Source: Mobula hypostoma (Eukaryota). Taken from it: 64,000 nt of DNA. A program made the position numbers and the translations under genes. Location: assembly GCF_963921235.1 (NCBI RefSeq), contig NC_086097.1:160582001-160646000 (forward strand). The letters run 5' to 3'. This document shows, piece after piece, positions 23,136-36,285 of the stretch. The notes beneath the pieces are model-generated. The model was not told where the DNA came from, searched no databases, and saw only the letters and a program-made list of their open reading frames with translations. The first letter of the stretch is position 1, and every line of letters starts with the position of its first letter.

Positions 23136-24254
23136 CGAAATTAGCAAAAAAAAAGGAAGATATAATACATATTCATACAGATCCATTCATGCACCAGAAT
23201 GTTGTAAGTACAAGGAAATAGCTACACAGGATAATGACCAAATAACATTTTAGAGTCTTTGGTTTATGTCCTCCTATGTTCTCCTTCAAATAACTCAATA
23301 TACACCCTAGTTTATTTATTTCATTCAAACTGCATGATTTTTAACTTATAATTCTATGAGTTATCGTGCATCGACGTTTGAACCCTTTGATCCTTTCCTC
23401 CAGAATGCATACTGATGAGTAAACTTCAGTCATTCAATCTGCCAATAAACTTACAACGAATGAGTGTACCTGCATAATAACAATGTATGCTGACAACTGG
23501 ATCATTATTTCAACCATAAACTCCAGGTAAATTTGTTTCTGTCCCAAGTGATGCAGGTGTAAACAATATGTGTTCAATCTCTAATAAAGCCCAATGTAGA
23601 ATGTGCGGAATGACAATAAACAGACACAAAGAGTTCAAACAAGATATGGTAGTTTATTCATGGGTTTATCACAGACTCATTCTGGAACATAATAAACTTT
23701 GCTACAGCTAACATAGTATTTGATCATGCCTAGAAATGACCAGATCTCAGTTATGCTTTTGGGATTTCTGGCTACTATGATGGCCTTAGCTGCAGCTGGT
23801 TTTCATCTATTCACAGACCAAAATAAATCACTTCCTTCTGGACAAGGGCATTTTTGTTTTTTTTAAGCTAGATATATTGATAAAGTCTTCTGAATACTAC
23901 TTTTACAATGACTGTTAGAAAGGGAATATCATACAAACTCCACAATCAACCTTGATTTCTGAAACTTAGAATAATTTTAGTCAATATTTTACCACCTAAC
24001 AGCTTCGTACACCCTAATGTCAAGTAAAGTTATGCTTCTTTGTCAATATTAACCTGGGAATATGCATGAGACGCATCTACTTTAATGAAAGTCTTTGCAC
24101 TTGCCTATTTAACTTACACATCTTGAGATGCAGATATATTTCCCCATCTATTGACTGCACTGTTAAAAGTCACTTCTGAATTATCCCAAAGGAAAATGGT
24201 CTTATACGTTTCGACCATCTCCATGATGGTGTTGCTCAGTTATTCTGTGACACT

Positions 24255-24960
24255 TTTATTCCCAGTCCTACAGTAATTCAGACCACCAGGTTGTGCTCCT
24301 TCTCCCTGTGTATGAACACAAGCTGAAATTTGAGGATTCAGTACAGAAAATTGTACAGTGCTGGTCTGAGGAATTAGATGAGCTTATGTGTGACTGCTTT
24401 GAGTTAATAGACTGGTCAATGCTCAAATATTCAGCAGCCAGCCTAGATGAATATGTCATCACTGTCATGAACTTTATTATCAAGTGTGTCGAGGACAATC
24501 TGGGTAATCCCAAACTTGAAACAACTGATGAACCGGGAAATCCATTTCCTACTGAAGTCCAGGACTGTAGCATTAAAATGAAGTGACCCTGACTTATACA
24601 ATAAATCAAGATACAGCTCCCTGAGACTATCAGTGATACCAGATGACAATACTAGTTCAAAATCAAGTACGAAGTCAGCTCTCAGTTTTGGCAGGGCTTA
24701 CATGCTAAAAAAGGGGGCATCTCAGAACTTCCCCATGAGCTTAACACATGCTATTCACAGAAGGAGTCTGGAGTATCATCACCTGACCCGACTACCTCCA
24801 ATGTACATGAAACCACAGTCACCACTGTAGACGTAAGATCAATTTTCTGGAGAATGAACCCACAGAAACACCTGGCCAAAAGGGTGTTCTGGCAATTCTT
24901 AGATTCTGCACAGACTATCTGGCGTGGTTATTTGCAGACTTGTTCATCCACTTCCTGTTT
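24255..24960 (+). mobile_element. Degenerate Rex1/Babar LINE fragment (endonuclease end and linker)
   Basis: SDHQVVLLLPVYEHKLK...VQCWSEE...CFELIDWSMLK...LDEYVITVMNFIIKCVED, homologous to 32220-32450 and 44200-44450. Confidence 0.75.
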
Positions 24961-26086
24961 GGATGGTGTGCAAGTTTGTCACTCTAGATGTGACAATAAT
25001 AAACCAATTTAACATTTTGTCAATAATCCATGTCACTCCTATTTATTTAATTCTTCTTTGTACATGAGGTGGTGGTAAATAGTTTGGTTTGACATCTGTA
25101 GCTATGTTGCATGCTATTTGAATATTAAATCTAGGACTATAAATGCTCCATCACCTTTCAACATTTGATCTAAAAACAGAGCAAAATTTCCAAAACTTTA
25201 GCTCATAATCCGACATCATTGGGTCTATATGATTTTTCAGTTTTTCTGTCAATTTATACAATAGATTGTATAAATCTAGACAACGTTTACTGATGTTGCC
25301 TATCTATCTGATCCTATTGATATTAATGAGACCACCTTCTTGCTTTTTCATATGGCCTCAACCCACTTATGCATGTCAATTTCCTAAATATTACTTTACA
25401 CCCCTTTGTTGTAAAAATAGGTTTCCCAAAGTTTGCACTATCAATACTTTCATTGTATCAAGTCTGAGAATGGGACTGGACTGCCAATTTGTACTCTTTT
25501 TCACTTCAACCACTGTTATGCACAATGAATTGACAAGTAATACTTTTTCCATGTTTATGTTTACACCTCAGACTTACCACAATTAATGAGCTTCTTAGAC
25601 CCACGTAATCATGTCTTCAATGTCCTCAATAATATATTATTTAATGTCCATAATCCTTCACCATTCAAACCCAATGCAAAGTTTGTGTGTCTAATGGTTT
25701 TCAGCCTCTAATGAATCCATTAAAAATCGTGCAGATTTATGTTTTATGTATAAAAGACGCAACATGTTCAAAAAATTATGTGCAGTTTATTCAAGGGCTC
25801 TTCAGGATCTTTTTATAAATGATTTAAGCCAGAGTCACACGACACAACTCTTAAAGGAGTGCCTGCATTAAAGCAACAATTATTTTTTGCAAGCAATATT
25901 GATTAACAGGTTGAACAAGAAAAAGATTCAGATAGCTTGAAAGGCTCCTTGAAAAAAATATTCCTATTGACTCATGGGAATCTCTGAGTCATGACTACTC
26001 TAAAATTGGGATTACATTGGGAATCTTGAGCTCTTTCAGGAGCACACAGAAATAAACCCAGTGTAAACACTTCCCAAACTACTCAC

Positions 26087-26155
26087 CTGCCTACCCTCTA
26101 ATGCATTTCCTGCTCCATCAGTGATCCGGTCTGCCAGCATTGGATGCCTCTGAAC
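26087..26155 (-). CDS. Weak candidate exon (69 nt, phase 0-0; VQRHPMLADRITDGAGNALEGRQ), possibly non-coding
   Basis: Minus strand: acceptor 'cttccactccacttctgcag|G', donor 'CAG|gtgagt'. Alternative acceptor 'ttgcccttccag' ~36 nt upstream. Lies in non-repeat sequence; no homology recognised. Confidence 0.25.
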
Positions 26156-27072
26156 CTGCAGAAGTGGAGTGGAAGCAAGACATCACCAACCTGGAAGGGC
26201 AAACTATAAGGAAGATTTACAATAATTATGTTTATGGTCAAGGTCTCCAGTTAAAAAATGACACTAATTACAGCACTAAATAAAATAAATAACATTGTTG
26301 CATTATTTAATCAATGAAGAAAGCAGTGTAATTACTAACTAGTTAGTGCAAAGAAAGAGGATATATTGACTGTTCGCAAGTTAGTTTATACAGAGACAAA
26401 TTTTGCAGAGGATGCATTTTTAAGTCTACTTAATTAAGGAAAACACAAATGTTCTGATATATTTTAAGCCACTCAGGAGCCAAATGATGAACGTGTTACT
26501 ATCTAACTGATGTTAATTTATGAATAGTTTTACAATGTGTCATGTGTGCTCTGGTACTGTTATACTAATTATTTTGAAGTAATTATGAAAGGACACTGCT
26601 TCTTTGGAGCTAAATTCGATCAACCTGCATAGATCCTAATGCAATATTATCCTTCACCAGTTCAGCTCAATATAGGGAATTCACCCAATGCATGCTGTTT
26701 GCTCATTATAATGCTCTCAGTGTTAAGACATTCTTGGCATACTGCTGAGCAACTTATTGCCTCAGTAGTGCAGTATACTAGACAACACAGTTGTGCAGTT
26801 AGTGGGGCTACTGTCTCACAGACCTCAATGCTCAAATTTAGTACTATCTCCAAGGAATATGCACATTCCCTCTGTGACGATGTAGAGGGAGGATTTGTTC
26901 AGAAAGTGAGCAGAATAAAAAAGTCTCAGATAAGTGTACGATTAGTGTAGTTCGATACTGTAATTGGGTTCTTTGGCTTTGTTGGCCAAAGGGACATGGT
27001 TTCTTACTGTATTTCTAAGTGCTAGCCTACATTGCTTAAAACCAATCTGCACCTGCAATTATGGTATAAATG

Positions 27073-27567
27073 AACATTCAATTGCCACTTCATTAGGTTC
27101 TTCCTGTACCTAATAAAGTGGCCACTGAGTGTATATTCATGGTCTTCTGCTACTACAGACCACTCTTATAATGCTTGACTTACTGTCACCTTCCTGTCTG
27201 CTTGAAGCAGTCTGGCCATTTTCATCTGACCTTTTTGCCCACAGAACTACCGTTCACTGGATGTTTCTTTGTTTTTCGCACTGCTCTCTATAAGCTCTAG
27301 AGAGACTTGTGCATGAAAATCCCAGGGGATCCACAGTTTCTCAGCTACTCAGACCACCCGATCTGGCACCAACAATCATTCCACAGTCAAAATCAATTAG
27401 ATCACATTTCTTCCCTGTTCTGATGTTTGGTCTGACAACAACCAAACTTCATGGAACATGCTTGCATGCTTTTATGCACTGAGTTGTTATCAAATAATTG
27501 GTTGATAAGATATTTACATTAATGAGCAGGGGTGCAGATGTACCTAATAAAGTGGCCACTCAGTGTA
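27073..27567. mobile_element. Tc1/mariner-type non-autonomous element (MITE)
   Basis: Degenerate left TIR 'cattcaattgccacttcattaggt'. 'acctaataaagtggccact(g/c)agtgta' occurs at ~27108 and ~27542-27568, ending in TA. Confidence 0.7.
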
Positions 27568-27654
27568 TACAGTTACAGCACAGAAAGGGACCATTTCATC
27601 CATTAAGTCTCTGCTCGCTTTGTTTACAACAATCCTATCATTCCCAGTCTCATA

Positions 27655-29855
27655 AAGGAATAGAGGGATCAGAAGTGGAGAGAGTATCTGCTCCTCAGTG
27701 TCTGTCAATATCGCTGAGGATCTAACCTGGTCCCAACATATCGATGCAGCTACAAAGAAGACAAGAGAGCAGCTATGTTTCATCAGGAGTTTGAGGAGAT
27801 TTGATTTGTCATCTAAAACACTCAAAAATTTCTACAGATGTATCATGGAGAGCATTTTGACAGGCTGCATCACTGTCTGGTATGGGGGGAAGCTACAGAA
27901 AGTTATAAAATTAGTCAGCTCCATCATAAGTACTAGCCTCCATTGTATTCAAGACATCTTCAAGGAGCAGTGCCTCAGAAATACCGGGTCCATTATTAAG
28001 GACCACCATCAAGACATGCCCTCTTCTCATTGTTACCATCAGGAAGGAGGTACAGAAGACTGAAGGCTCACACTCAGCAATTCAGGAACAGCTTCTTCCC
28101 CTCTGCCTTCTCATCTCTAAATGTACATTTACAGGTTTCCCCCGCCATCTGAAGGTACAGCGTTCCTATGAAACGGTTCATAAGCCGGAATGTTGTAAAG
28201 CGATGAAGCAATTACCATTTATTTATACGGGAAAATTTTGTAAGCGTTCACAGACCCAAAAATAACCTACCAAATCATGCCAAAGAACACATAAAACCTA
28301 AAATAATAGTAACATGTAGTAAAAGCAGGAATGATATGATAAATACACAGCTTATATAAAGTAGAAATACTTTTCCACAATCATTGCCTGAACTGCTCAC
28401 CGTAGCGAAAATCTCACACAAGCGCCATCGGCAAAAACACGGCGCAAACGCTCTTCAGTAACCTTTAAGCTATGAAGCTGCCAAATCATACCAAATAACA
28501 CGTAAAAACACACAGCCGATATAAAGTAGAAATAATGTGTGTACAGAGTAGTATCACTTACCGGAATTGGGAAAGCGCGGAGCACACTGATGGTGGTGTG
28601 TTAGACTGAGTCGTCGCAGGTTGGGGTGGTGCAGTGGCCCCCACCCTCCGGGCAGCGACCTGATACATTGCCGCGAAGCATGCAGGGGTACAGCGGTAGC
28701 CGGGACGCATCCAGTGCATCTTTAAGAAAAAAGCCGAAATAAACATACTAATTAACTAGGTGCCGCCCGGCACGTAATTGGCGGCCCAGATCAGTGCCGA
28801 TTGCGTCGCCTCTGATCTGGGCCAACAATTACGTGTCGGGCGGCACCTAATTAATTAGCATGTTTATTTCGGCTTTTTTCTTAAAGATGTGCTGTGTGTC
28901 TCCCGGCTACTGCTGCATTCTCCGCGAATCGATATCTGTCCGCGGCCTGGGTGTTGGGGTGGTGGGACATTGGGGTGTCATCTCGTCATCTATTGCCATC
29001 AGGCAGGCAGCTCACCTTCTCCTGTGACTGCCCGCCTCGAAGTCGAAGGTCGAGGTTCGGCGTCTGCTGTGGCTGATGTGTAAGGCTTGCTTGACTGCTG
29101 AGCCTCGCGCATTTTTCTATCATACAGTTCTTTGAAAGCACTCAAACCATCCTGCAAATATCCCCTAAACCGACGTACCCTTTCAAGATTAAAGTCGTAC
29201 TTTATCATTACTCATTTGGTTTCGATTGTTATCCTTTCCTCTTTCAATTGCATAAGCTCTTCATCTATCAGTTCTTTGTCATGGGATGCCAAAACCTCTT
29301 CAACATCATCTTCGTCAACTTCCGCAAGCCAAACTCACGTTGTCCTTACTTTGTTCACCACGATCAAAACACTTAATTATGTCTAGTTTTACGTTAAGCT
29401 TAACACACTTACGAGCTCTTTTAGGCTTTTCCAATACCTTAGAACTCATCTTGCAAACGGCTACTCACAGGCACGTGTTTAAGCAATGCCGGCGAAAATG
29501 CAGTTCCGAATCCAGGGGAGGACCGCTGCTCGGGGCGCGCGCTGCCTTCTTTGTAACAGTGAAAACACCTTCTGTTAGCAAAAACAGGGAACTAATGTAG
29601 GTCTTTCATAACAGTGAGGTTTCGTAAAGTGAACGTTCAAAATGTGGGGGCCACCTGTAACCTATAAACACTACCTCATTTTTTAAAATTATTTGTTTTT
29701 GCACTATTTGTAAATTAAAAATTTAATATACATATATACTGTAAATGTACTGTAATTCATTTTTTCCTATTTTTATCATGTATTGCATTGTACTGCTGCC
29801 ACTAAGTTAAATTTCACAACATATACCAGTGATATTTAACCTGATTCTGATTCTG
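27655..29855 (+). mobile_element. Rex1/Babar LINE 3' end (27655-28130 and 29660-29855), split by a Tigger element
   Basis: VNIAEDLTWSQHIDAATKKTREQLCFIRSLRRFDLSSKTLKNFYRCIMESILTGCITVWYG. The 3' UTR ends 'aacctgattctgattctg'. Confidence 0.85.
28132..29657 (-). mobile_element. Tigger/pogo DNA transposon, internally deleted (no DDE core), with an internal palindrome
   Basis: TA-flanked TIRs 'caggtttcccccgcc' / 'tgtgggggccacctg'. Minus strand from ~29448 reads MSSKVLEKPKRARKCVKLNVKLDIIKCFDRGEQSKD (CENP-B/psq HTH), joined out of frame to an acidic C-terminus EVDEDDVEEVLASHDKELIDEELMQL. Confidence 0.88.
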
Positions 29856-30057
29856 CCCCCTCAGTGTTGCTCTGCAAATCATTTTCAAACCACTGCCTTT
29901 TTCACTTCCTTTTGATTGGCTGTTTCTTGCATCACTAAAGCAGTGAATGCCAGACCTTAACCACGCTCTATTTGAAAAAGTTTTCACTCACCCCTCCTTA
30001 AAACACAAATGTTTGAATCTGTGCCCCTAAAAAATAAAAAATATCTTACCTCTGGAG

Positions 30058-30137
30058 CAGGGTTTCCCAACCTGGGGTCCACAGACCACTCGGTTAATGA
30101 TAGGGGTCCATGGCATAAAAAAGGCTGGAAACCCTTG
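30058..30137. mobile_element. 80-bp hAT (Charlie-like) MITE
   Basis: TIRs 'cagggtttcccaacct' / 'aggctggaaacccttg'. 8-bp flanks ctctggag (30050-57) / ctcgagag (30138-45). Confidence 0.75.
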
Positions 30138-30177
30138 CTCGAGAGGAAGGTACAGTACATTATGACTGCAGCAGTTG

Positions 30178-30232
30178 TTTTAAGTTATCCATTGGTTTAA
30201 GTTATCCGTTGGTTTAAGTTGGTTTAAGTTAT
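30178..30232. repeat. Short tandem repeat (GTTTAAGTTATCC(A/G)TTG, ~3 units)
   Basis: Direct reading of the sequence. Confidence 0.8.
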
Positions 30233-30299
30233 AACTGTCATCCTGCAGTTTATGCTCCTTTATTGTTCTCAGGACAGTGTGAGAACAAAGAGGCCCGTG

Positions 30300-30750
30300 G
30301 CTGGAGCCACACAACTCCTTGATGCAGGCAGAATAAGTTGAGAAAGTTGTTAAAAAGCATATGGATTTCTTGATTGTACAAAAGCAATAAAGTTAATATG
30401 TTTTAGATCTCAGATGGAGGATTGCATTCATCTTTAAGCGTGACACTTTTGGAAGGAACGTTGCAAATGAAGTGTCAGAGAGTTTGTGGAAGAGATTCCC
30501 TAAAATGTCACCAGTTATATGAAGAAATTAGATAAGCTAGAGTTGTTTTCATCAGAACAGGCGCATTTAAGAAGGGACTTGATGGGGGTGTTCAAAACCA
30601 TAAACAATTTTAGCAGTGTAAATAAGGTGTAACTTTTTCCAATAGTATTAGAAACCAGAAGATTCAGATTGAAAATGATTGGCAAAAGAATCTAAGACAG
30701 TATCCAGAAACAATTCTTCCTTTGACTATGGCATTTGCCCATGTTTGTCT
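30300..30750 (+). mobile_element. Old degenerate CR1 3' fragment
   Basis: 'gaagaaattagataagctagagttgttttcatcagaacaggcgcatttaagaagggacttgatgggggtgttcaaaaccataaac' = EKLDKLELFSSEQAHLRRDLMGVFKTI-like. Confidence 0.6.
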
Positions 30751-31188
30751 AACAGTGTTTTGAGTAGTCCATAAATAGTAGAATCCATATTCAGAAGCAA
30801 TTGGTTCCTAATGATGATCTTTCTCTTAATCAGAATCCTTACAAACCTATTTTAAGTTATAGATTCCATGTGGCCATTTATTGTAAAGTGATTATCAAAA
30901 TGTTCAAAATCTCCCAAAACGTTTTATTTCACAGCCAAGTTATGACCAGAAAGCCCAGCCTTCTGAATTTTAGAACAGATAAGCCCCTCAGAAACCTTAG
31001 GGGAATAAAACCAAAGGAATTAATTGACTGTCTCACTGCTGTTAAGAATAAGTACTACTGGGTGTTCCCTCAGTCTGGTTCTTATAGTGGTTCATGGGGG
31101 AGAAGAGGCTGTGATGGTCCTCCCTGCTCCCCATTGTGCAATATGTTGTGAAATGGGTGCTAGAGATCTGCTTTACATTTATCCTCTT

Positions 31189-34100
31189 GCGCATGCGCTG
31201 GTCGTGCATGCAGCCGGTTACAGTTGCTCCGTAATTTCTTACTTTTAAACTTTGTAACTTAAGTTATTTGTTGTGTTTTTTTTCTCACGGTAACACGTTG
31301 AAGCTGCACCCTCTCTAACATGCTGGTGGAGAGAGTTTTATTTGTTTTTTTAGCACTGGAATTAGTTACTTTCGGACACGTCTCGATAGCATGGCAGCAG
31401 GATGGTCGCATTGTGTATTCAAGGGACCAATTGATTGCACTCATGCCCGCTAGTTTAGCGAACAGAGCAGCGGACATCCTGGCTGAAATCTGGAGGAAAA
31501 CACACAGAGGATGCTGAGGGGGAACAAAAAGGCGAGGGAAGAGGACTGGGTCGAGACAACGGAGGCTTATGGAGAAGTTATAAGCCATGTCTCCCCTCTC
31601 TCATCATGGGAAATGTGAGATCGCTGGGGAATAAATCGACGAATTGACTGTGCTTGTCAGGAGTCACAGAACATTTCGGGAGAGCAGTGTCATGTGCTTC
31701 ACTGAGTCGCGGCTGCACGAGGACATACCCGATCAAAGCGTTTCCATAGAGGGCTTCCAGACCGTTCGAGCTGACCGGAATTGCACTGAGACTGGTAAGC
31801 GCAAAGGAGGGGGGGCTGGCGGTTCTGGTCAGTAACAGATGGCGCAATCCTGGGCATATTACGATTAAGGAACGTGTCTGTAGCCCAGATATTGAACTTT
31901 TTGCTGTTGGACTGCGGCCATATTATTTGCCAAGGGAAATCTTGCATGCAATTGTGGTTGTTGTGTACATCCCTTCCTCTGCCAACCCGACGTCGGCGTG
32001 TAACATCATTTACACCGTCATAGCCAGTTTACAAACCCAGCACCCGAGTGCCCTCATTACCATCTCGGGTGACTTCAACCAGGTTACCATGGCTAGAACA
32101 CTGCCCAACTTCACGCAGTATGTGAGCTGTACAACCAGAGGGGAAAGGACTCTGGATTTGATGTACGCTAACGTTAAGGATGCATACAGCTCCTCTCCCC
32201 TCCCCCCACTGGGAAGGTCAAATCACAACCTGGTGCATCTAAAACCCTGCTACGTGCCTCTGGTGAAGAGTAAACCTGCAACCTCGAGGACAGTGAGGAA
32301 ATAGTCGGAGAAGGCTTATGAGGCGCTCCAGGGTTGTTTTGAGGTGACAGACTGGCAGGCACTCTGTGAACCACATGGAGAGGATATTGATGGGCTCACA
32401 GAATGTATCACTGATTACATTAACTTCCGTGTGCACTGCAATGTTCCGACAAGAACTGTCCTTTGTTATTCAAATAACAAGCCATGGGTGACAAAGGACA
32501 TTAAGGACATCCTGAACGCTAAAAAGAGGGCAATTAGGGATGGAAATAGGGAGGAGCTGAGGGCAATATAGAGGGACCTGAAAGCCAGGATCAGGGAGGC
32601 TAAAAGACAGGTACAGGAGGAATCTTGAGTGGAAACTCCATTAGAACAACATGAGAGAGGTCTGGAGGAGGATGAGGACCATCACTGGGTTTCGGCAAAC
32701 TTGCAACAGAGGAGCTGAAGGCAGTGTGGACAGGGCCAACGAACTTAACCTGTTCTTTAACAGATTTGACATTGTGACCCCTGCCCATCCCCCACGAGCC
32801 ATCTGTTGTCAGCCACCAAGCAACACATATTCCACTCTCCCCTCCTCACAGTCCCCCACCCTGCTCTTATGACTATACCCCTTCCCCACACGAAACCACC
32901 ACGGTGGGCTTCACGTCTGAACAGGTGAGAAGACAGCTGAAACGTCTCAACCCAAGCAAGGCTGCAGGACCGGATGGTATCAGTACCAGGGTGCTCAAAG
33001 CCTGTGCCCCTCAGCTATGTGGAGTACTTCGCCATGTGTTCAACATGAGCCTGAGGCTCCGGAGGGTTCCTGTACTGTGTAAGACGCCGCGCCCCAGTGG
33101 CCTCAATGACTACAGACCGGTGGCATTGACCTCCCACATCATGAAGACCTTGGAGAGACTTGTTCTGAAGCTGCTCCGGCCTATGGTCAGGCCACACTTA
33201 GATCCCCTCCAGGTCGCCTACCAGCCCCGACTAGGAGTTGAGGATGCCATCGCCTACCTGCTGAACCGTGTCTACGCCCACCTGGACAAGCCAGCGAGCA
33301 CTGTGAGGGTCATGTTTTTTGACTTCCCCAGTGCGTTCAACACCATCCGCCCTGCTCTGCTGGGGGAGAAGCTGACAGCAATGCAGGTGGATGCTTCCCT
33401 GGTATCATGGATTCTTGATTACCTGACCGGCAGACCACTGTACATGTGCTTGCAACACTGTGTGTCTGACAGAGTGATCAGCAGCACTGGGGCTCCACAG
33501 GGGACTGTCTTGTATCCCTTTCTCTTCACCATTTACACCTCGGACTTCAACTACTGCACAGAGTCTTGTCATCTTCAGAAGTTTTCGGATGACTCATCAG
33601 TTGGATGCATCAGCAAGGGAGATGAGGCTGAGTACAGGGCTATGGTAGGAAACTCTGTCACATGGTGTGAGCAGAATTATCTGCAGCTCAATGTGAAAAA
33701 GACTAAGGAGCTGGTGTTAGACCTGAGGAGAGCTAAGGTACCGGTGACCCCTGTTTCCATCCAGGGGGTCAGTGTAGACATGGTGGAGGATTACAAATAC
33801 CTGGGGATACGAATTGACAATAAACTGGACTGGTCTAAGAACTCTGAGGCTGTCTACAAGAAGGGTCAGAGCTGTCTCTATTTCCTGAGGAGACTGAGGT
33901 CCTTTAACATCTACCAGACAATGCTGAGGATGTTCTACGAGTCTGTGGTGGCCAGTGCTATCATGTTTGCTGTTGTGTGCTGGGGCAGCAGGCTGAGGGT
34001 AGCAGACACCAACAGAATCAACAAACTCATTCGTATGGCCAGTGATGTTGTGGGGATGGAACTGGACTCTCTCACGGTGGTGTCTGAAAAGAGGATGCTG

Positions 34101-34520
34101 TCTAAGTTGCATGCCATCTTGGTCAATGTCTCCCATCCACTACATAATGTACTGGGTGGGCACAGGAGTACATTCAACCAGAGACTCATTCCTCCAAGAT
34201 GCAGCACAGAGCAACATAGGAAATCATTCCTGCCTGTGGCCATCAAACTTTACAACTCCTCCCTTGAGGGTCAGACACCCTGAACCGACAGTCTGGTCCT
34301 GGATTTATTTCATAATTTACTGGCATAATTTACATATTACTATTTAACTATTTATTACTATTTTCTATTACTATTCTATTACTATTTATTATTTCTATGA
34401 CTATTACTATTTACTAATAGTAATATTACTATTACTATTTCTATTACTATTTATTATTTATGGTGCAACTGTAACAAAAAACAATTTCCCCCGGGATCAA
34501 TAAAGTATGACTATGACTAT
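31189..34520 (+). mobile_element. Near full-length Rex1/Babar LINE (APE endonuclease plus RT), disabled by stops and frameshifts
   Basis: MGNVRSLGNK, VMCFTESRL, VVVYIP, ISGDFNQ, TRGERTLDL, LGRSNHNLV, NNKPWVT, then RT. Ends 'caataaagtatgactatgactat'. CpG-rich 5' start. Confidence 0.95.
32904..34283 (+). pseudogene. Rex1/Babar reverse transcriptase open frame (459 aa)
   Basis: KAAGPDGI, DYRPVALTSHIMKTLERL, FFDFPSAFNTI, TGAPQGTVL, KFSDDS, LNVKKTKEL, YKYLG. Small in-frame deletions are apparent near VPVLCKTP and FSDDSSVG. Confidence 0.9.
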
Positions 34521-35979
34521 TTCTTTATTCACATCAAAGGTTTACTTATAGAACCATATTTGAACACTTTTATGTACTGTATGCTGACTGACACAAGCAC
34601 ACATTTACTTGTCTTTCCAGCATTAGAATTCCTGTTAACTTTCAGATCCCTATGGACTCACCCCAGTACTTTAATCTTCCAGTCCTACTTCCTATCTACC
34701 ATATGTGTGTGAGTGTAATAAGCAGGTAACAGTTCAGCTGTCTACCAGTGTGGGTGGGCCTATCTGTTAGTCAACAGAGAGAGTCTAACTTCACAGTTAT
34801 AAGATTTGACATTTTGAGAGAACCTAAAGCAGTTCAAATGGCTTAGATGATGAGAAAATCCAACAGCAATTTTTTCAACTGAGGTATAAGGTTTTTATTA
34901 ATCCTTAACCAAGATTTTACAGAAATCTGGTTCTACCTAAACATGTTGTAACACATTTTCTTTAAATAGTGCCAAAATATTTTATGTGCTTCCTTGCCTT
35001 TTGGTAAGTTGGCTGAAGATTGTATGCATTGAATTTTCTCCTCTAATATATATTTGGGGAAACCATGTGCATGAACATTCCACAGTGCTTGTTTAACAAG
35101 TAATTGGTACATTTGTTTTCTTGGCTCTTTTGTGTATACTTTGGCAGCAGTGCAGGTTTAAGGTTTGAAGCAATTCATTTAATCTTGGTCCCTGAGGTTT
35201 AGTTGGGTCGATGGGAACAAATGGTTCTGCCTACGTTAAACTGAGGTCATGTTTATTTGGGTCACTGCTCTTGCCTGACTTCAGGCGGGTCACTGTTGTT
35301 AGTTTATTTCCCATTCTGCATTGAACTAAATCCTCTTTCTTTGAGGTGGCTTGTTGGCTCTGGAAGAATGTACTAAAACTTCCAAATGATCTTCCTAACT
35401 TTATTTTAAAGCTTAATTTGATACATCAAAGAAAACTATTTTCATAGCAATCGGAGTGCAAATGGAATAGTTCATCTCTGAAAATTCATGAAGGCAAGGC
35501 TGGCTAAATGCATGGAACAGAACATTCTTACATACATGTTCAATAAGGGAAGGAAGCTCTAACATTGCGTTGGGCACTTTTGGTATAGAGCTTTCAGAAT
35601 CAAGTACGTGGAGGTCCATTAAATGTAATGTCAACATTTTAAAAGTTTCAGTCTGTTCTGTTTATTCGTTTCAGTAAGCTGAGAAAGTTTAACTTGAGGA
35701 CAAGGGTTAGCTACTGGCTCTGGTTCTCAAGAAAAGAAACCAAAGAGGATTTGAAGTAGAAACAAATTGTTGGGTATTATAAGGGGAGACTTTCAACTGC
35801 TGAGGCAGGTGTTCTGTTATCAGAGGACCTTGATAGAGACATGCTTTGTTCAGCAGAGAAATGAGCAAATCAAGTTATTTATATAACACTGCAGAACAAC
35901 CTCATTGCTTGTAGCCCTCTTTGGACACTGTGATCACACCACAGCCTTTCACTGAAAACATTTTGATGGAGGTGAAACA

Positions 35980-36285
35980 TCATAGCACATATAGCAGAGC
36001 TGCTATCTTACACTTCCAGTGACCCAGAATTCAATCCTGGCCTCGGGTGCTGTGTGGAATTTTTTTCATTGACAGTTTTTGCTCTGGGTATGCCTGTTCC
36101 CTCCCACATTACACAGGAATGCAGGTCAGATTAACTGGCCATCATCAATTGCTCCTGGTGTGTACTGAGTATACAGGGGACTCTGAGAAGAAAATGGAAT
36201 CAGTGTAGGGCGAGAATATATGTGATAGTTTGTATGGTCTTTGAGAGCTAAAGGCCCTGTTTCCATGCCACATGGCTCTGTAATT
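35980..36285 (+). mobile_element. HE1-like SINE, near full length and degenerate
   Basis: tRNA-like head 'gcagagctgct...ccagtgacccagaattcaatcctggcctcgggtgctgtgtggaa'; CR1-like tail 'gagctaaaggccctgtttccatgc'. Confidence 0.7.

Noticed and set aside
23404..23526. Plus-strand AG...GT exon-like segment containing CTGATGA
   Set aside because: Stops occur in all three frames, and CTGATGA is not followed by a stem II and GAAA, so it is neither a coding exon nor a hammerhead.
30178..30232. Short direct repeats, CRISPR-like at first glance
   Set aside because: Adjacent tandem units without unique spacers, no cas genes, and a eukaryotic context.
32904..34283. Longest ORF as an active RT or a bacterial-type retron/DGR RT
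   Set aside because: It has Rex1/Babar LINE motifs with an upstream APE domain, and stops, frameshifts and deletions disable the element.
34335..34462. (TAT/TAC)-rich tract
   Set aside because: Low-complexity expansion within the Rex1 3' UTR.
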